This document shows, one piece after another, positions 38,117 through 50,446 of a stretch of 64,000 nucleotides of DNA (the stretch's first letter is position 1; each line of letters opens with the position of its first letter). The translations under genes were made by a program, and so were the position numbers. The notes beneath the pieces are model-generated. The model did no database searches. It was not told the origin of the DNA and saw nothing but the letters and a program-made list of their open reading frames with translations. Origin of the DNA: Squalus acanthias (lineage: Eukaryota). The stretch is taken from the NCBI GenBank assembly GCA_030390025.1, contig CM059430.1:73036001-73100000 (forward strand). Direction: 5' to 3'.

Positions 38117-41100
38117 CATAGAGTCACAGAGTCATAACGGCACAGAAGGAGGCCATCCATCGCATCGAGTCCGTGCCGGCTCTCTGTAGAACAATCCAGT
38201 TAGTCCCATTCCCCCGCAGTATCCCCGTAGTTTATTTACCTCAAGTGTCTATCCAGCCTCCCCTTGAAAACATTGAGTGTCTCTGCTTCCACCACTTCCC
38301 TCGGCAGCGAGATCCATGTTCTCACCACTCGCTCCATATAAAATATTTCCCTCACATCCCCACTGTATCTCTAGCCTAAAACCTTAAATTTGTGTCCCCT
38401 AGTCCTTGTACCATCAACTTTCCCCGTCTAGCCTATCCAATCCCGTCATAATCTTATACACCTCTATCAAATCACCCCTCAACCTCCTTTGCTCGAATTA
38501 ATACAAATCTAGCTTCTCCAACCTGTATTCGTAACTAAGATTCCCCCATCCACGGAACCATTCTGGTAAATGTCCTCTGCACCCTCTCAAGTGCCTTTAC
38601 ATCCTTTGTAAAGTGTGGTGATCAGAACTGGGCGCAATACTCCAGTTGTGACTTAACCAGCACTTTATAAATTTTCAGCGTAACTTCTGTAGTTTTGTAC
38701 TCAATACCATTATTTATGAAGCCCAAGGCCACATATGCTTTGCTAACCATTCTCTTTCAATATGTTCCGTCACCTTCAGGGACCTATGCACATTAACTCC
38801 CAGGTCACTCTGTCCCTGCACATTCTTTAAAACTGTGCCATTAAGTGTATATTGCCTCTCCCTGTTCCTTCTGCCAAAATGCATCATATCAAACTTCTCT
38901 GTATTAAATTCCATCTACCACTTGTATGCCCTTTCTATTAGCCTTTCTATGCCCTGTTGCAGTCGATTTGTATCATCCCCACTGTTTGCCACAACCCCAA
39001 GTTTGGTGTCATCGGCAAATTTAGAAATTCAACTCTGTATTCCAATATCCAGGTCATTTAGATTTATCAAAAACAGAAATGGCCGCAGCACTGACCCTTG
39101 GGGAACACCACTGTCTACTATCCTCCAGTCTGAAAAAAATCTATTTACCACTACTCGCTGTTTTCTGTCCGAAAGCCAATTCCTTATCTAAGCTGCCATT
39201 GACCCACCTATTCCATGAGCCTTAATTTTGTAAACCAGCCTTCTACGTGGTACTTTGGCAAGCACATTCCAAAAATCCATGTAGACAACATCCATTGCAT
39301 TCCCTTCAGCAATCCTCCCTGTTAATTCATCAACAAATTCAGTTAGATTAGTCAAACACGATCTGCCATTTACAAATACAATAGCAAAATACTGCGGATG
39401 CTGGAAATCTTAAATAACAACAGAAAATGCTGGACATACTCAGCAGGCCAGGCAGTCTCAGATCTGAAACGTTAACTCTGTTTCTCTCTCCAAGGATGCT
39501 GCCTGGCCTGCTGAGTATTTCTAGCATTTTCTGCTGCCATTTACAAATTCGTGTTGGCGCTCTTAATTAGCTTAAACCTCTCCAAATGCCCGTTAATTTT
39601 TTCCTTGATTATTGTTTCTAAAAATGTACCCGCCACTGATGTTAAACTGATCAGCCCATGGTTACTAGGATTGTCCTTACTCCCTTTCTTTAACAATCGT
39701 GTCACATTTGCTAGTTTCCAATCCTCAGGCACCTCCCCCCCCCCCCCCCCCATCTGGGGAAGATTGGAAAATGATGGCAAACCCTTCCGCTATCTCTTTC
39801 CCACAATTCCCTCAGAAACTTGGGACGCAAGCCATCTGGACCAGGCGACTTATCCACTCTAAGCATAACCAGCCATTCTAGTACATCCTATCTATCAATA
39901 TTCACCCCTTCCATTGCTTCTAGCTTCTCTACTTCTACCGATACAAAATACTCATTGACTCTGCGAGCCTTGCCCTGAGCCTCTAAGCATATGTCTATTT
40001 CTTGATCCCTTGTAGGCCCCACCCCGCCTCTTACTACCCACTTACTCTTTACTTGCCGGTAGAAGATTTTGGGGTTCCCTTTTATGTTAACTGCCATTCT
40101 ACTCTCATATTCTCTCTTTGTCAATCTTATTTTCATCTTCACTTCCCCTCTCAACTTATTGTATTTGGCCTGCTTCTCACTTGAATTCATCTGACATTCA
40201 TCATACACCCTCTTTTTTGTTTCATCATCTTCTCTATCACCCTCGTCATCCATGGAGCTCTTGCTTTGTTTCTCTACCCTTCCCTCTTGTTGGAATGTAC
40301 CTAGCCTGTACTTGGATCATAGCCTCCTGAATGAACATCCATTGTTTAGCAACAGCTTTTCCTGTCAGTGTTTCTTCCATTTTACCCTGTTCAGATCCTT
40401 TCGCATCCCATTGAAGTTAGCCCTATTCCAGTTCAGAAGTTCCACTCTAGATTGTTCCTTGCTCCTCTCCATTGCTAATCTAAATCTTATGATTCGATGA
40501 TCACTCGTACCCAAGTGTTCTCCCACAGACATTTGGTCGACTTGGCCCACCTCATTCCCCAGCACCAGATCCAGCAATGCCTCCTTCCGAGTAGGGCCAA
40601 GAACATACTGGTCATGGAAATTTTACTGAATACGTTTCAGAAATTCCTCTCCCTCCTTTCCCATTCCCCTAGCATTATCCCATTCGATATTGGGGTAATT
40701 AAATCCCCCAATATCACCACTCAGTAGCTCTTGCATATCTTTGCGATTTCCCGGCAGATTTTCTCCTCCACCTCCCTTTCACTATTTGGAGGCCAACAGA
40801 ATACCCCCAATTGCGTGATCAAACCCTTTTTGCTACTCAGCTCTAACCAAATGGATTATGTCCTTGTCCCCTCAAGAACATCCTCCCTTTCCAACAATAC
40901 AATGTCTTCCTTAATCAGCACTGCCAACCTACATTCCCTTTTTCCTTCCCTATCTTTTCTGCACACCTTTTACCATTGAATATTAAGTGCCCAGTTCTCA
41001 CCGTTTTTAAGTCACGTTTCCGTTATTGCTACAACTTCATCTTGCCACACGACTAATTTTGCTTATAGCTCACCAACCTTATTCACCACTCTCTGTGCGT

Positions 41101-42420
41101 TTACGTACATGCATTCTAAACCCATTTTTGAATGTTTCGTAGCCTTTCTTAGTCTGCTCCTATCTAATATGGTACTATTTCCCCTCTAGTAATTCTTCGT
41201 TCTCCAATACTATCCAACACACACAATCGTTTATGCACCTTATTCCTTTTTTCTACTCCTATATACTGGTGCTCATCTCTCTGGCAAGCTAGTTTAAACC
41301 TTCCCCAACAGCACTAGCAAACTTCCCCGTGAGAATATTTGTCCCAGCTCTGTTGAGGTGTAGCTCATCCGGCTTGCAGAGGTCCCACCATCCCCAGAAA
41401 TGGTCCCAATGCCTCACGAATGTAAAGCCCTCCCTCCTGAACCATCTCTCCAGCCACACATTCATCTGTTCTATCCTCCTATTCCTGTACTCACTAGCAC
41501 GTGGCTCAACGAATAATCCAGAGATTTCTATCTTCGAGGTCCTGCTTTTTAATCTCTTTCCTAGCTCGCTATAGTCTGCCTGCACGACTACATCTCTCTA
41601 CATGCCTATGCCGTTGGTGCCGATAAGGACAACAACCTCTGGTCATTCACCCTCCCCCCTCAGAGTGTCCTGCAGCCGCTCAGTGACAGCCTTGACCCTG
41701 GCAACAGAAAGGCAACATACCATGCTGGAGTCACGTCTGCATCCACAGAAATGCCTATCTGTTCCACTAACCAATGAATCCCCTATCACTATTGCACTTC
41801 CACTCTACTTCCTCCCCGCTGTGCAGCTGAGCCACCCGTGGTGCCGTGGACTTGGCTCTGGCTGGTATCCCCAGAGGAGCCATCACCCCCAGCAGTTTCC
41901 AGAACTGTGAACCGGTTAGCGAGCGAGATGCACTCTGGGGATTCCTGCCCTACATGCCTGGTCCTCCTTCTCTAACTGGTGGTCACCCGTTCCCTCTCTG
42001 ACTGCACATTCTGTGGCTGCAGGATGACCACTTCTAGAAACGGGCTTTCCAAATATTTCTCAGCCTCGTGTATGCACTGTAATGACTGCAGCTGCTGCTC
42101 AAGCTCCGAAACCCAGTGCTCGAGTTGCTGCAGTTGGCGACACTTCCTGCTCACGTGGTCTTCCAGGCTGCAAGAAGCTTCCAGGCACTGAGCTGCCCTG
42201 CCATGCCTCTATTTTCCAGACTATGGAGGTAATTTAGCAGAAATAAACTGAAAACTTAACAAGAATTACAAAACAGCTACCCACCAATCAGCTCTTCCCT
42301 CTATTAGATAGGCTCTGAAGTACTTAACAGAAATATACTCAAAAGAGAAAAAAAATACTTACCACAAATACTCACCCTATACTCACCTCTCAGCTCCCAT
42401 GTGCCAGCGACACCTTTGAA
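38117..42420 (-). mobile_element. Near full-length degraded CR1 LINE
   Basis: ORF1 CRQLQQLE coiled coil and esterase (DELHLNRAG); APE LDLVL..SDH; RT peptides. Confidence 0.9.
39378..39533. mobile_element. Fold-back Penelope-like terminal fragment
   Basis: 15-bp TSD ctgccatttacaaat (39363-39377, 39534-39548); inverted arms cagaaaatgctgg..ctcagcaggccaggcag; same family as 20340-20733. Confidence 0.7.
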
Positions 42421-42639
42421 TTCTAACATCACTCCTCCGTTGTGTCGCTTGCGCTCTGTCTCCCTCGCAGGTTGTCCGCTCACTCAGACTCACAGGCCTC
42501 TGCTTCGCTTTGCCTTTATCCCCGGTCTCCGACTCCGTTCCTCCCGCAGTTCCGCTCACTCAGACAGTACTGCTACCCTGTGATATCACACCTTATTTTT
42601 TTGGAAATCGTGGAACTTCTTCCCGCCGCCCCTGGTGAC

Positions 42640-43040
42640 TCAAATTAGATCCGCGCTGTTTAAAGTACTCTGCCGCTCTGGCTCCACTGACGCACTTTTT
42701 AAAGTACTCTGCCGCCCTGCCGCTCCGCTCCAGCCCTTTGTAAAGTACTTCGCCGCTTTGGCTCTCTGCTCCAGCTCTTTTTCATGTACGCTGCCGCTCT
42801 GGCTCTCCGCTCCCGCGCTGTTTAAAGTACTCTTCCGCTCTGGCTCTCCGCTCCCGCTCTTTCTAAACTACACTGCCGCCTGGCTCTCCGCTCCCGCTCT
42901 TTATAAAGTAATCTGCATCTCTGGCTGTTCGCTCCCACTCTGTTTAAGGTACTCTGTCGCTCTGGCTCTCCGCTCCCGCTCTTTTTAATGTACTCTGCCG
43001 CTCTGTCTCCGCTCCCGCGCTGTTTAAAGCACTCTTTAAA
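42640..43040. repeat. ~40-bp tandem repeat
   Basis: Unit approximately aaagtactctgccgctctggctctccgctcccgctctttt, about 10 copies, next to the CR1 5' end. Confidence 0.85.
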
Positions 43041-43044
43041 CACG

Positions 43045-43697
43045 TCGCACATCTCCGCACTTACATCAAATTATCTGCTGCCGAGACCCACGACCATGCC
43101 TTTATCACCTCTAGACCTGACTGTTCCAACGCACTCCTCGCCGGCCTACCTAATTCTACCCTCCATAAATTTAAGGTCATCCAAAACTCTACCGCCTGTG
43201 TGCTAACTCGCACCAAGTCCCGCTCAACCAACTCCCCATTCCTTGCTGACCTACATTGGCTCCCAGCTAAGCAACACCTCGATTTTATATTCTCATCCTT
43301 ATTTGAAAAACCATCCATGGCCTCGCTCCTCCGTATTTCTGTAATCTCCTCCAGTCCTATATTACCACTAGATCTCTGCGCTCTTCCTATTCTGGCCTTT
43401 TGAACATCCCGATTTTAAATGCTCCAACTTTGGCTGTCATGCCTTCAACTGCCTAGATCCTAACTTCTGGGATTCCCTCCTTAAATATTTGCGCCTCTCT
43501 ACTACCATTTGCTCCTTTAAAACGCTCCTTAAAGTCTACCTCTTCGACCAAGCGTTCGATCATCTGTCCTAACATCTCCTTATATGGCTCAGTGTCAACT
43601 TTTGTTTCTTTTCTAAACACACCTGTGAAGCGCCTTGGGATGTTTTATTACGTTAAAGACGCTATATAATAATATAAGTTGTTGGAGTTGTTGTTGC
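43045..43697 (+). mobile_element. L2 LINE 3' fragment
   Basis: LADLHWLPAKQ peptide and L2 tail. Confidence 0.85.
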
Positions 43698-44191
43698 TAA
43701 TGTCGTTGTCAGCCCGACGGCACCCGTGTTGTAATCTACGTCTCGCCTGTTCCACGGAACTGCTGTTCAGGAATTTTATCTGGATCCCCAAAACTGGAAG
43801 CGCGCTGCCTTGATAATCGGAATGGGAAATCTTCTTTCCAAAAAATGCACTGGGTCTTTAAACATGTATTACATTTCAAATAACCACAAGATTTTCGCTT
43901 TAGATTTAGTGCTAAAATTAGAAAGAAAAGTTTTAATACCCAGTCTTGATTTCACTTCCCTGATAAATATAAAACTAAATCATAATCGATGCTATAACTC
44001 ATTTGTCACACTTTTCAAAGACATTGGAAAAGGGAACGTTTCTTTACACTTGAGCACTTGTCATTATAAACAAGTAGAAAGCTGCACAGTTTAATACACA
44101 GGGTTTTTCGCTATTGGAGTTTTTTGTTAAGCGCAGTATTAATATGGATGCCAACTAAACTCTTCACGATTCCAGTTCCACTAACACTTAC

Positions 44192-44504
44192 CGTATACAA
44201 CAAGTTTTATACGAGTTCCTTTTCCCACCAGGTTGATCCCCATCTTTGGCTACACACCGATACGATCCGGCGTCCGGGATCCTCACGTTCAGGAGTTGAA
44301 GGTAGGCGCCACCTTTCTTTACATGAAACAGTTTTCTGCTATCTTCTTGCAGGATGGTGTCGTTACCCTCTCTCCACCAATAAACGTTTACGTTTGAATG
44401 GTTCAGATGGAAGGGGAAAGGGCATTGTAAGGTAAGGTTTCCACCTCTGAGTGCCTGAATTTGTACAATGCCCGGAGTCACCTTACCAGAAGTGTCAACA
44501 GCAA
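44192..44504 (-). CDS. IgSF receptor copy 1, germline-joined VJ-type Ig domain exon (1-nt frameshift before the J-like strand)
   Basis: ttgatag acceptor and gtaagt donor; GGNLTLQC, VYWWR and DAGSYRC motifs. The J-like strand NLVGKGTRIKLVVY is in a shifted frame, and the exon is 313 nt (3n+1). Confidence 0.88.
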
Positions 44505-44853
44505 CTATCAACAAAAGAAGTGAATCGTGTTAAACAATTCATAATAAGGGAATCGATCTGCACCACCAAATAACATTTTGCGTCCAGTTCATTGATACAT
44601 TAGTAATTGAATGTACCTCCTATAAGGCTATTCTCCAGTTGCTGAAAGTGTTTTCTCGTTGAATTATGATAAATAACGTTATAATTCTCAACCAGATATT
44701 TTCCTTCTGGCAAGGAACACATTACATGATAACATTACATTAAATTAAACCAGCAAAAGCATTGTTCCGTCGTACATTAACTATAAGATCGACTTCATGT
44801 GTTATATCTTCAGCAGGAAAGGTTAATATTTAACAACAAAAATAAAAGCCTAC

Positions 44854-44908
44854 CTGGATACAAAATGCACAGGAAATACATGCCCCAAAGTGACCGACTC
44901 ATAAACAT
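44854..44908 (-). CDS. IgSF receptor copy 1, leader exon
   Basis: ATG-start MFMSRSLWGMYFLCILYP, with a phase-1 donor G|gtaggc matching the V exon. Confidence 0.7.
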
Positions 44909-45014
44909 ATCGGGCAACGTATATACGGTCGATCACAGGTTGCGAACGAGAGTGGAATGGATGAAGATTTGGGGAATGGGTGGCTGTGTATCCAATATAA
45001 TCACATATAATCTG

Positions 45015-45022
45015 TGACGTCA
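45015..45022. promoter_or_regulatory. Perfect CRE palindrome upstream of the leader exon
   Basis: TGACGTCA about 107 bp upstream of the putative ATG; function not demonstrated. Confidence 0.3.
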
Positions 45023-46854
45023 GATATCACGTTACTTCTAATTGCAAAATGAAGAAATGCATGACCTTTAGAGCAAGATCTGCTGGTGTAGCTGCTAGCA
45101 GAAATGGTAACAGGATGTATGTATATAAATAAAAGCGTACATGAGCTATAAAGTCCATAATTCATCTTTCCTTCACCTGCCCCGAAGGAAGAATATTGCA
45201 TGTCTTCAGTGTTTTTGGAGCTAATTGTGCTCCAGAATCGATTTACTCGGTGCATTGTTAACCTGCAAATGATCGCTGGATTACTAAAGGTCCTATCTGT
45301 CGGGTTCAATCATGTAACAAACACGTTTTGGAAGCGTGCATGGATTGGGGGAATAGTCTCACAATTACCTGACTTGATAGCACGGTTCGATTATGGGAGA
45401 GGGGATAACTGGAAAACCGCTGGAATAACTCGGTAGATTTCAACATTTATTTTCTGGTTACTTTTACAAAGTTGAGAACATTTTGGATTATAGATATTAG
45501 CCATTTTGTTCGGATCTCTTCACACAGCTTCCGCGTTAACTCAAGAGCATACTGGAGATAAGCAGTGTCATGTGAGATGCTCTCAGCCTGGAGAATCAGT
45601 CCCCTAAACCCTGAGACTGGCTGTAAAAAGTAGATTATCCTGGACATTTAAAAAACTGTTGGTTTAAAATTGCCTTTTATAATCATTGAAGTTCAGGCAC
45701 TTTACCCCGTTTGTTTAACATTCTGTGCTCCGCCGCTGAAGAAAAGTTTTAACCAAACGCCAGAAATTGAAATGATACCTTTAGTATCTACTCGGAACAT
45801 GAAAATGGAGGATCAGTTTCACGGTTTATTGACCGTATCACAGCGTAATTGCAGGGTAATATCGGCGGAAAACCCACGAACATTCTAAACGTTTTCCAGG
45901 TCAATACCACACTTCGTTACAATTTCAAATGAGAATTTCTATTTACAAATCGCGGTTAATGATACATTACAACATACGACGTTTCACCAAGAACGTAATC
46001 TTTAAATTTCAATTGATTTGGAGAGAATAGGTGGTGGAATAAGTTACTGCAGTGATCTATGTCAAATGCAGTGGCAGGTAAGAAGGGATATTGCGCACGC
46101 TTATAATGACTGACGATGTACTTCTGCAACGTACATTCTCAGGGGCCTTCTTTAAAGTCGAAGTAGCCCAGTCTCTATAAAGTTCACTTAACCTCCCAAA
46201 TACATATAGCAATGTCTTCTAAAACTGGAGAAAATTCAAAAGTCTCTTGAAGTTTTTTGAACTTCAAAAGGCAATCATCAAATTAAATTAAATATTTTTG
46301 TTTGACACAGAATATATTTCACACATATTTAATGTACCATATCTGTAAACCGGTGACATTCGCAAAGCCTAATGGAAAGTTTTGTGTGATGAGCGCAGAT
46401 CACCACTAGAATATATGTTTTTGTCTGCGGCGCTTAGTTGGGTATGATATGATGCACCACAAGCTGTTGTCACACATTCTTTGCGGTTGAAGTTCTTTAT
46501 TCCAAATGGGAAATGCCGGCTGCTGAGTTTTGCATTTTCATTGCAAATCATAGAATTATACAGCACAGAAGGAGTCCATTTGGCTCATCGTGCCTGTACC
46601 GGCTCTCTGAAATGCTTCCAAATACTTCCGCTCCAATACACCTGACCCATTGCCCTGCAAATGTTTTCCTTTTCAAGAATTTATCAAATTCCCTATGAAA
46701 GTTATTACTGAATCCATTTCCACCACCCCTTCATGCAATGCCTTCCAGATCATAGCAAGTCGTTGAGTAAAATAAATTCTCATCTTCTCCTCCCGGCGTT
46801 TCTGGCAATTATCTTAAGTCTGCGTCCTCTGATACTTATACCAGTGGAAACAAT

Positions 46855-47621
46855 AGGCCTGATATTCCGGTCCCTACGGGTGGGTATGCGCTGTGGAACC
46901 ACGCGTAGGGACATTGGAAATGACGGTTTCAGGCATGCACTGCGCACGCGCTGCAAACCGGCATTTCCGATCTGCCAAGAATGCTCTTGACAGATCCTCC
47001 GGCTGCCCTGGAGAAGGGCACCTGCGGGCGGAGATTTCCGCTTTTTGGAGACCCTTCCACCGCTGAAAACACTTACAATTCTTGCGCCTGGTAAAAGCAG
47101 GCGTAAGGCCTGCTTTTACCAGGAGAAGAGTTGAAAAAAAGTAAAAAATAAAAAAATATTTTTATTCCCACTGATTAATCGTTTAAAAATACTTTAAAGA
47201 AAGGTAAGTTTATTTTTAGCAACGTTAAAAACTTTAATTATTTTTTTCAAAAATTATTTTTTTTGTTTAAAGTAGTTAATTTATGTTATTTCAAGTCATT
47301 TTAAAAATGTGATTTGAAAAAAATATAATTTAAAGTTCTACTATGTTTTGGGAGTGATCTCTATTCATATATTTGACAAGTCTTCCTGTCAAATGTATGA
47401 AGGGAGATTCCCTTCTCTGATTTGTTCCCCGTGGCCCACGTGATCCCAGGGACACTGCGAACTACCTGCACCTCTGGGATACGTGTGCCCTGCGCACCGG
47501 CAGTTTGAAGAGACCCAGCAGCGGAACTGTACGCCACATGGGAGCCCTCAGGTCTTGGAGCAGATTTTTCCAGATCGCAGCCCTGCGCCCACCAGAGGCC
47601 TGCGATCGGAATATCTGGGCC
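46855..47621. mobile_element. Hairpin-rich MITE family, copy 3
   Basis: AAT TSD; imperfect TIR aggcctgatattccg / cggaatatctgggcc; homologous to copies 1 and 2. Confidence 0.82.
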
Positions 47622-48952
47622 AATGTCTCCTTATCAACTGTATCAAAACGCCTCAATTTTACATACCTTTAGTACATCTCCCCTAAAGGTTCTCTGCTCT
47701 AATGATAACAATCCCAGCTTCTCTAGTCTCTCCATGTAACTGAATTTCATAATTCCTGTTACCATTCTGGTAAATCTCCTCAGCACCCTCTCCAACGTCT
47801 TCACATCCTTTCTGAAGAGTTGAGAATTGTACACAATTCTCCAGATGAGGTCTAACCAGTGATGTATACCGTATTGCCATAACTTCCTTGCTTTTGTACT
47901 CTATGCCTCTATTTAGAAAGACAATCACCCTGTATGTTTTTGATAGCTTTAGCCACTTATTCTGCCACCTCCAAAAAAATTATATGTTAAACCTTAGGTC
48001 TCTCCGTTCCTGCAACCCATTTAAAATTATACCAATGAGCTTATACTGCATCTCCACAGTTTTCCTTCTAAAATTCATCAATTCTCACATCTCTGCATTA
48101 AATTTCATCTGCCTCATGCCTGCCTATTTCTGAAGTATTTTATATCCTCCTAAAGTCTGGTATTACGATCTTCATGTTGTATTACATTTCCAAGCTCTCA
48201 ATAATCCGCAAACATTTAAATTATGACCCTATAACCAAGTTCACGTCATTGACATATATATCAAAAGTAGCAATGGTCTTAATACCGACCCTTGGGGGAC
48301 ACCACTGTAGACTTCCCTCCCGTCTGAAAAGGAACCATTCAGCACTACACACTGCTCTCTTTCGCTTAGCCAATTTTCTATCCGCACTGCCACTGCACAG
48401 TTAATCCGATGGTCTTCAATTTTCCAAAAAGTCTATTATGTGGTAATGTATCAAATTTTTGCTGATAATCCATATACACTACCTGAAATGCATTACCGTC
48501 ATTAATCCTCTCCGTTATTTCATCAAAGAACTCAATCAATTTAGTCAGACACGATTAATCTTTAAGAAATCCATGTAGACTTTCGTTTATTAAACCATGT
48601 TTTTCCAAGTGACTATTAATTTTGTCTCAGATTATTGTCTCTAGAATTTTACCCACTACCAATGTTAAGCTGACTGGCTGATAGTTACCGGGTTTACCTC
48701 ACTCCCTTTTTTGAACAGGAGTAATACATTTACACGTCTCCAGAATTCTGGCGTCACATGCAAGAAAGATTGAAATATTGTGGCGAGAGCCTCCTTTATT
48801 TCCCCCGTTACTTCTCTCAGAATCCTAGATTGCATCACATCCGGACTGGGTGACCTTTCGAATTTAAGTGCTGCCAATCGTTTAATTGCCCCCTCTTAAT
48901 CTAATTTTATTATATTCAGTTGATCTAAGTCCTCCTCTTTTACTGGAACCTT

Positions 48953-50446
48953 GGCTGGGATTTTGCAGTCACTGGCGAAGTAATGCTACTCGCCGCTGAC
49001 CTCGAAAATAATTGCATTCAAAGATTTAGCGTCAGTTTCAATCTAGCACAATCTATAGAGGATCTGTGGTGTCCAGGAACAATGAAGTTATTAAGCAGGC
49101 TGAGCAGCTAGTCAGATTGATGAATGATCACAGACAGCAAACCAGGAAGCAAAAGACATCGATTATCATTCACTTTTTAATCATTTTACTGAAAGCGAAA
49201 TAAAGATTGGAAAATACACATGGGATTAAAATAGAAGTTGAAATATCATAAACAAACCTAAAATAAAATTGAATTTTTAATATTTTTAAAATCTATCGAA
49301 TTTTATCATGGAATGGAGGGAATGAAACTCCACACTTATACAATTGATTTTTCAGGGCAAGATTGGCTTTTCAGCAATAATTATGACTTTGTACGCCGTT
49401 AAAAACTGAGTTGCAACTCCTTAGCAAGGCTTAACTGTTTTAATCGTTTTTATAGCAACAATAGTGTTTAAAAATCAAATTCATGTCAGCTCACTGCCCT
49501 GAATTTGCAGTCGGTATACCAGCTTCGAAACTGACCCCAACTTTGGGATTTGGCATATTCACAAGCGCTTGTGGAAATCCCAAAGTTGGGTTCTGTCAAT
49601 GGCAGCTCCAAAGCTGGCTGAGCTGTGGACTTCCCCCTCCCCATCTACAGAGCCAGCAATCAGTGAAATCTGGTCAATCATAGAAACTGATGAAAACTTC
49701 TGCTCTTCCGCAGTAAGTATGCTGTTAAATTCCAAAAAAAAGTTAGGCCAAATGGATGAGGCATAACTGGACTTTCAACAGCGTTTTGACTGCTAAACTA
49801 ATGTTAAGGGCCTGGAAAACTAATTCGAATTGTGCGCAGAATGAAATTTGTCCATTTAAATAAAAACTAAAAATTTTAAGAAACGTTCCAATTATTTTAT
49901 TTTAATTAAGTTTTTGCATCTTTATTTTAGATTTGCCTTTTCCCCCCTTTGAAAAACCAAATCTTTCTTTTGCTGTCTCTAACTATTTTCAATAGTTAGA
50001 ACTATAGGGGCTTACCTACGTCCTTGTTTGTTTTCTGTGAGAATTTTGCCTTTGATTGGGGCTGCTTATACAGCTTGTTGACGTCACAACACTTCGCTCA
50101 ATGGGAACCCACTAAGTTCCGTTGAAGTGAATTCAAGGTCGGTAACCCGAAGTTTTTGACACGGCGATTACGAGATCCCCATGTGGAGCGTACTTAGGGG
50201 TAGGCAGCTGATGCCTTAGATTCGCTGTTGGCCGCAAAGTCCGGGCCAATTATTCTGTGTTGATTACTTCTGCAAAGACTGCAACAGCGCAACCTGTGGA
50301 GCAGCAGTGTATCACTGACAGCAACTTCCGGATTTCCGCGTCGAACTTTACATGCGCAGATGCCAGAATTTGCATCCCATTTTACACAGTAATGACGGTG
50401 AACGCTGACAGTTTCGATGTCATTGCCAGCGAAATTGCACAGGCCA
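48953..50446. mobile_element. Cluster of nested non-autonomous DNA elements related to 4868-5468
   Basis: Segments match 5100-5170 in both orientations, and 50300-50446 matches 5330-5468. Confidence 0.55.

Noticed and set aside
42635-43052. Repetitive ORFs and a CRISPR-like periodic pattern
   Set aside because: A simple tandem repeat without unique spacers, in eukaryotic DNA
44192-44504. Rearranging TCR/Ig V segment
   Set aside because: No RSS is present, and the J-like strand and splice donor are already in the exon
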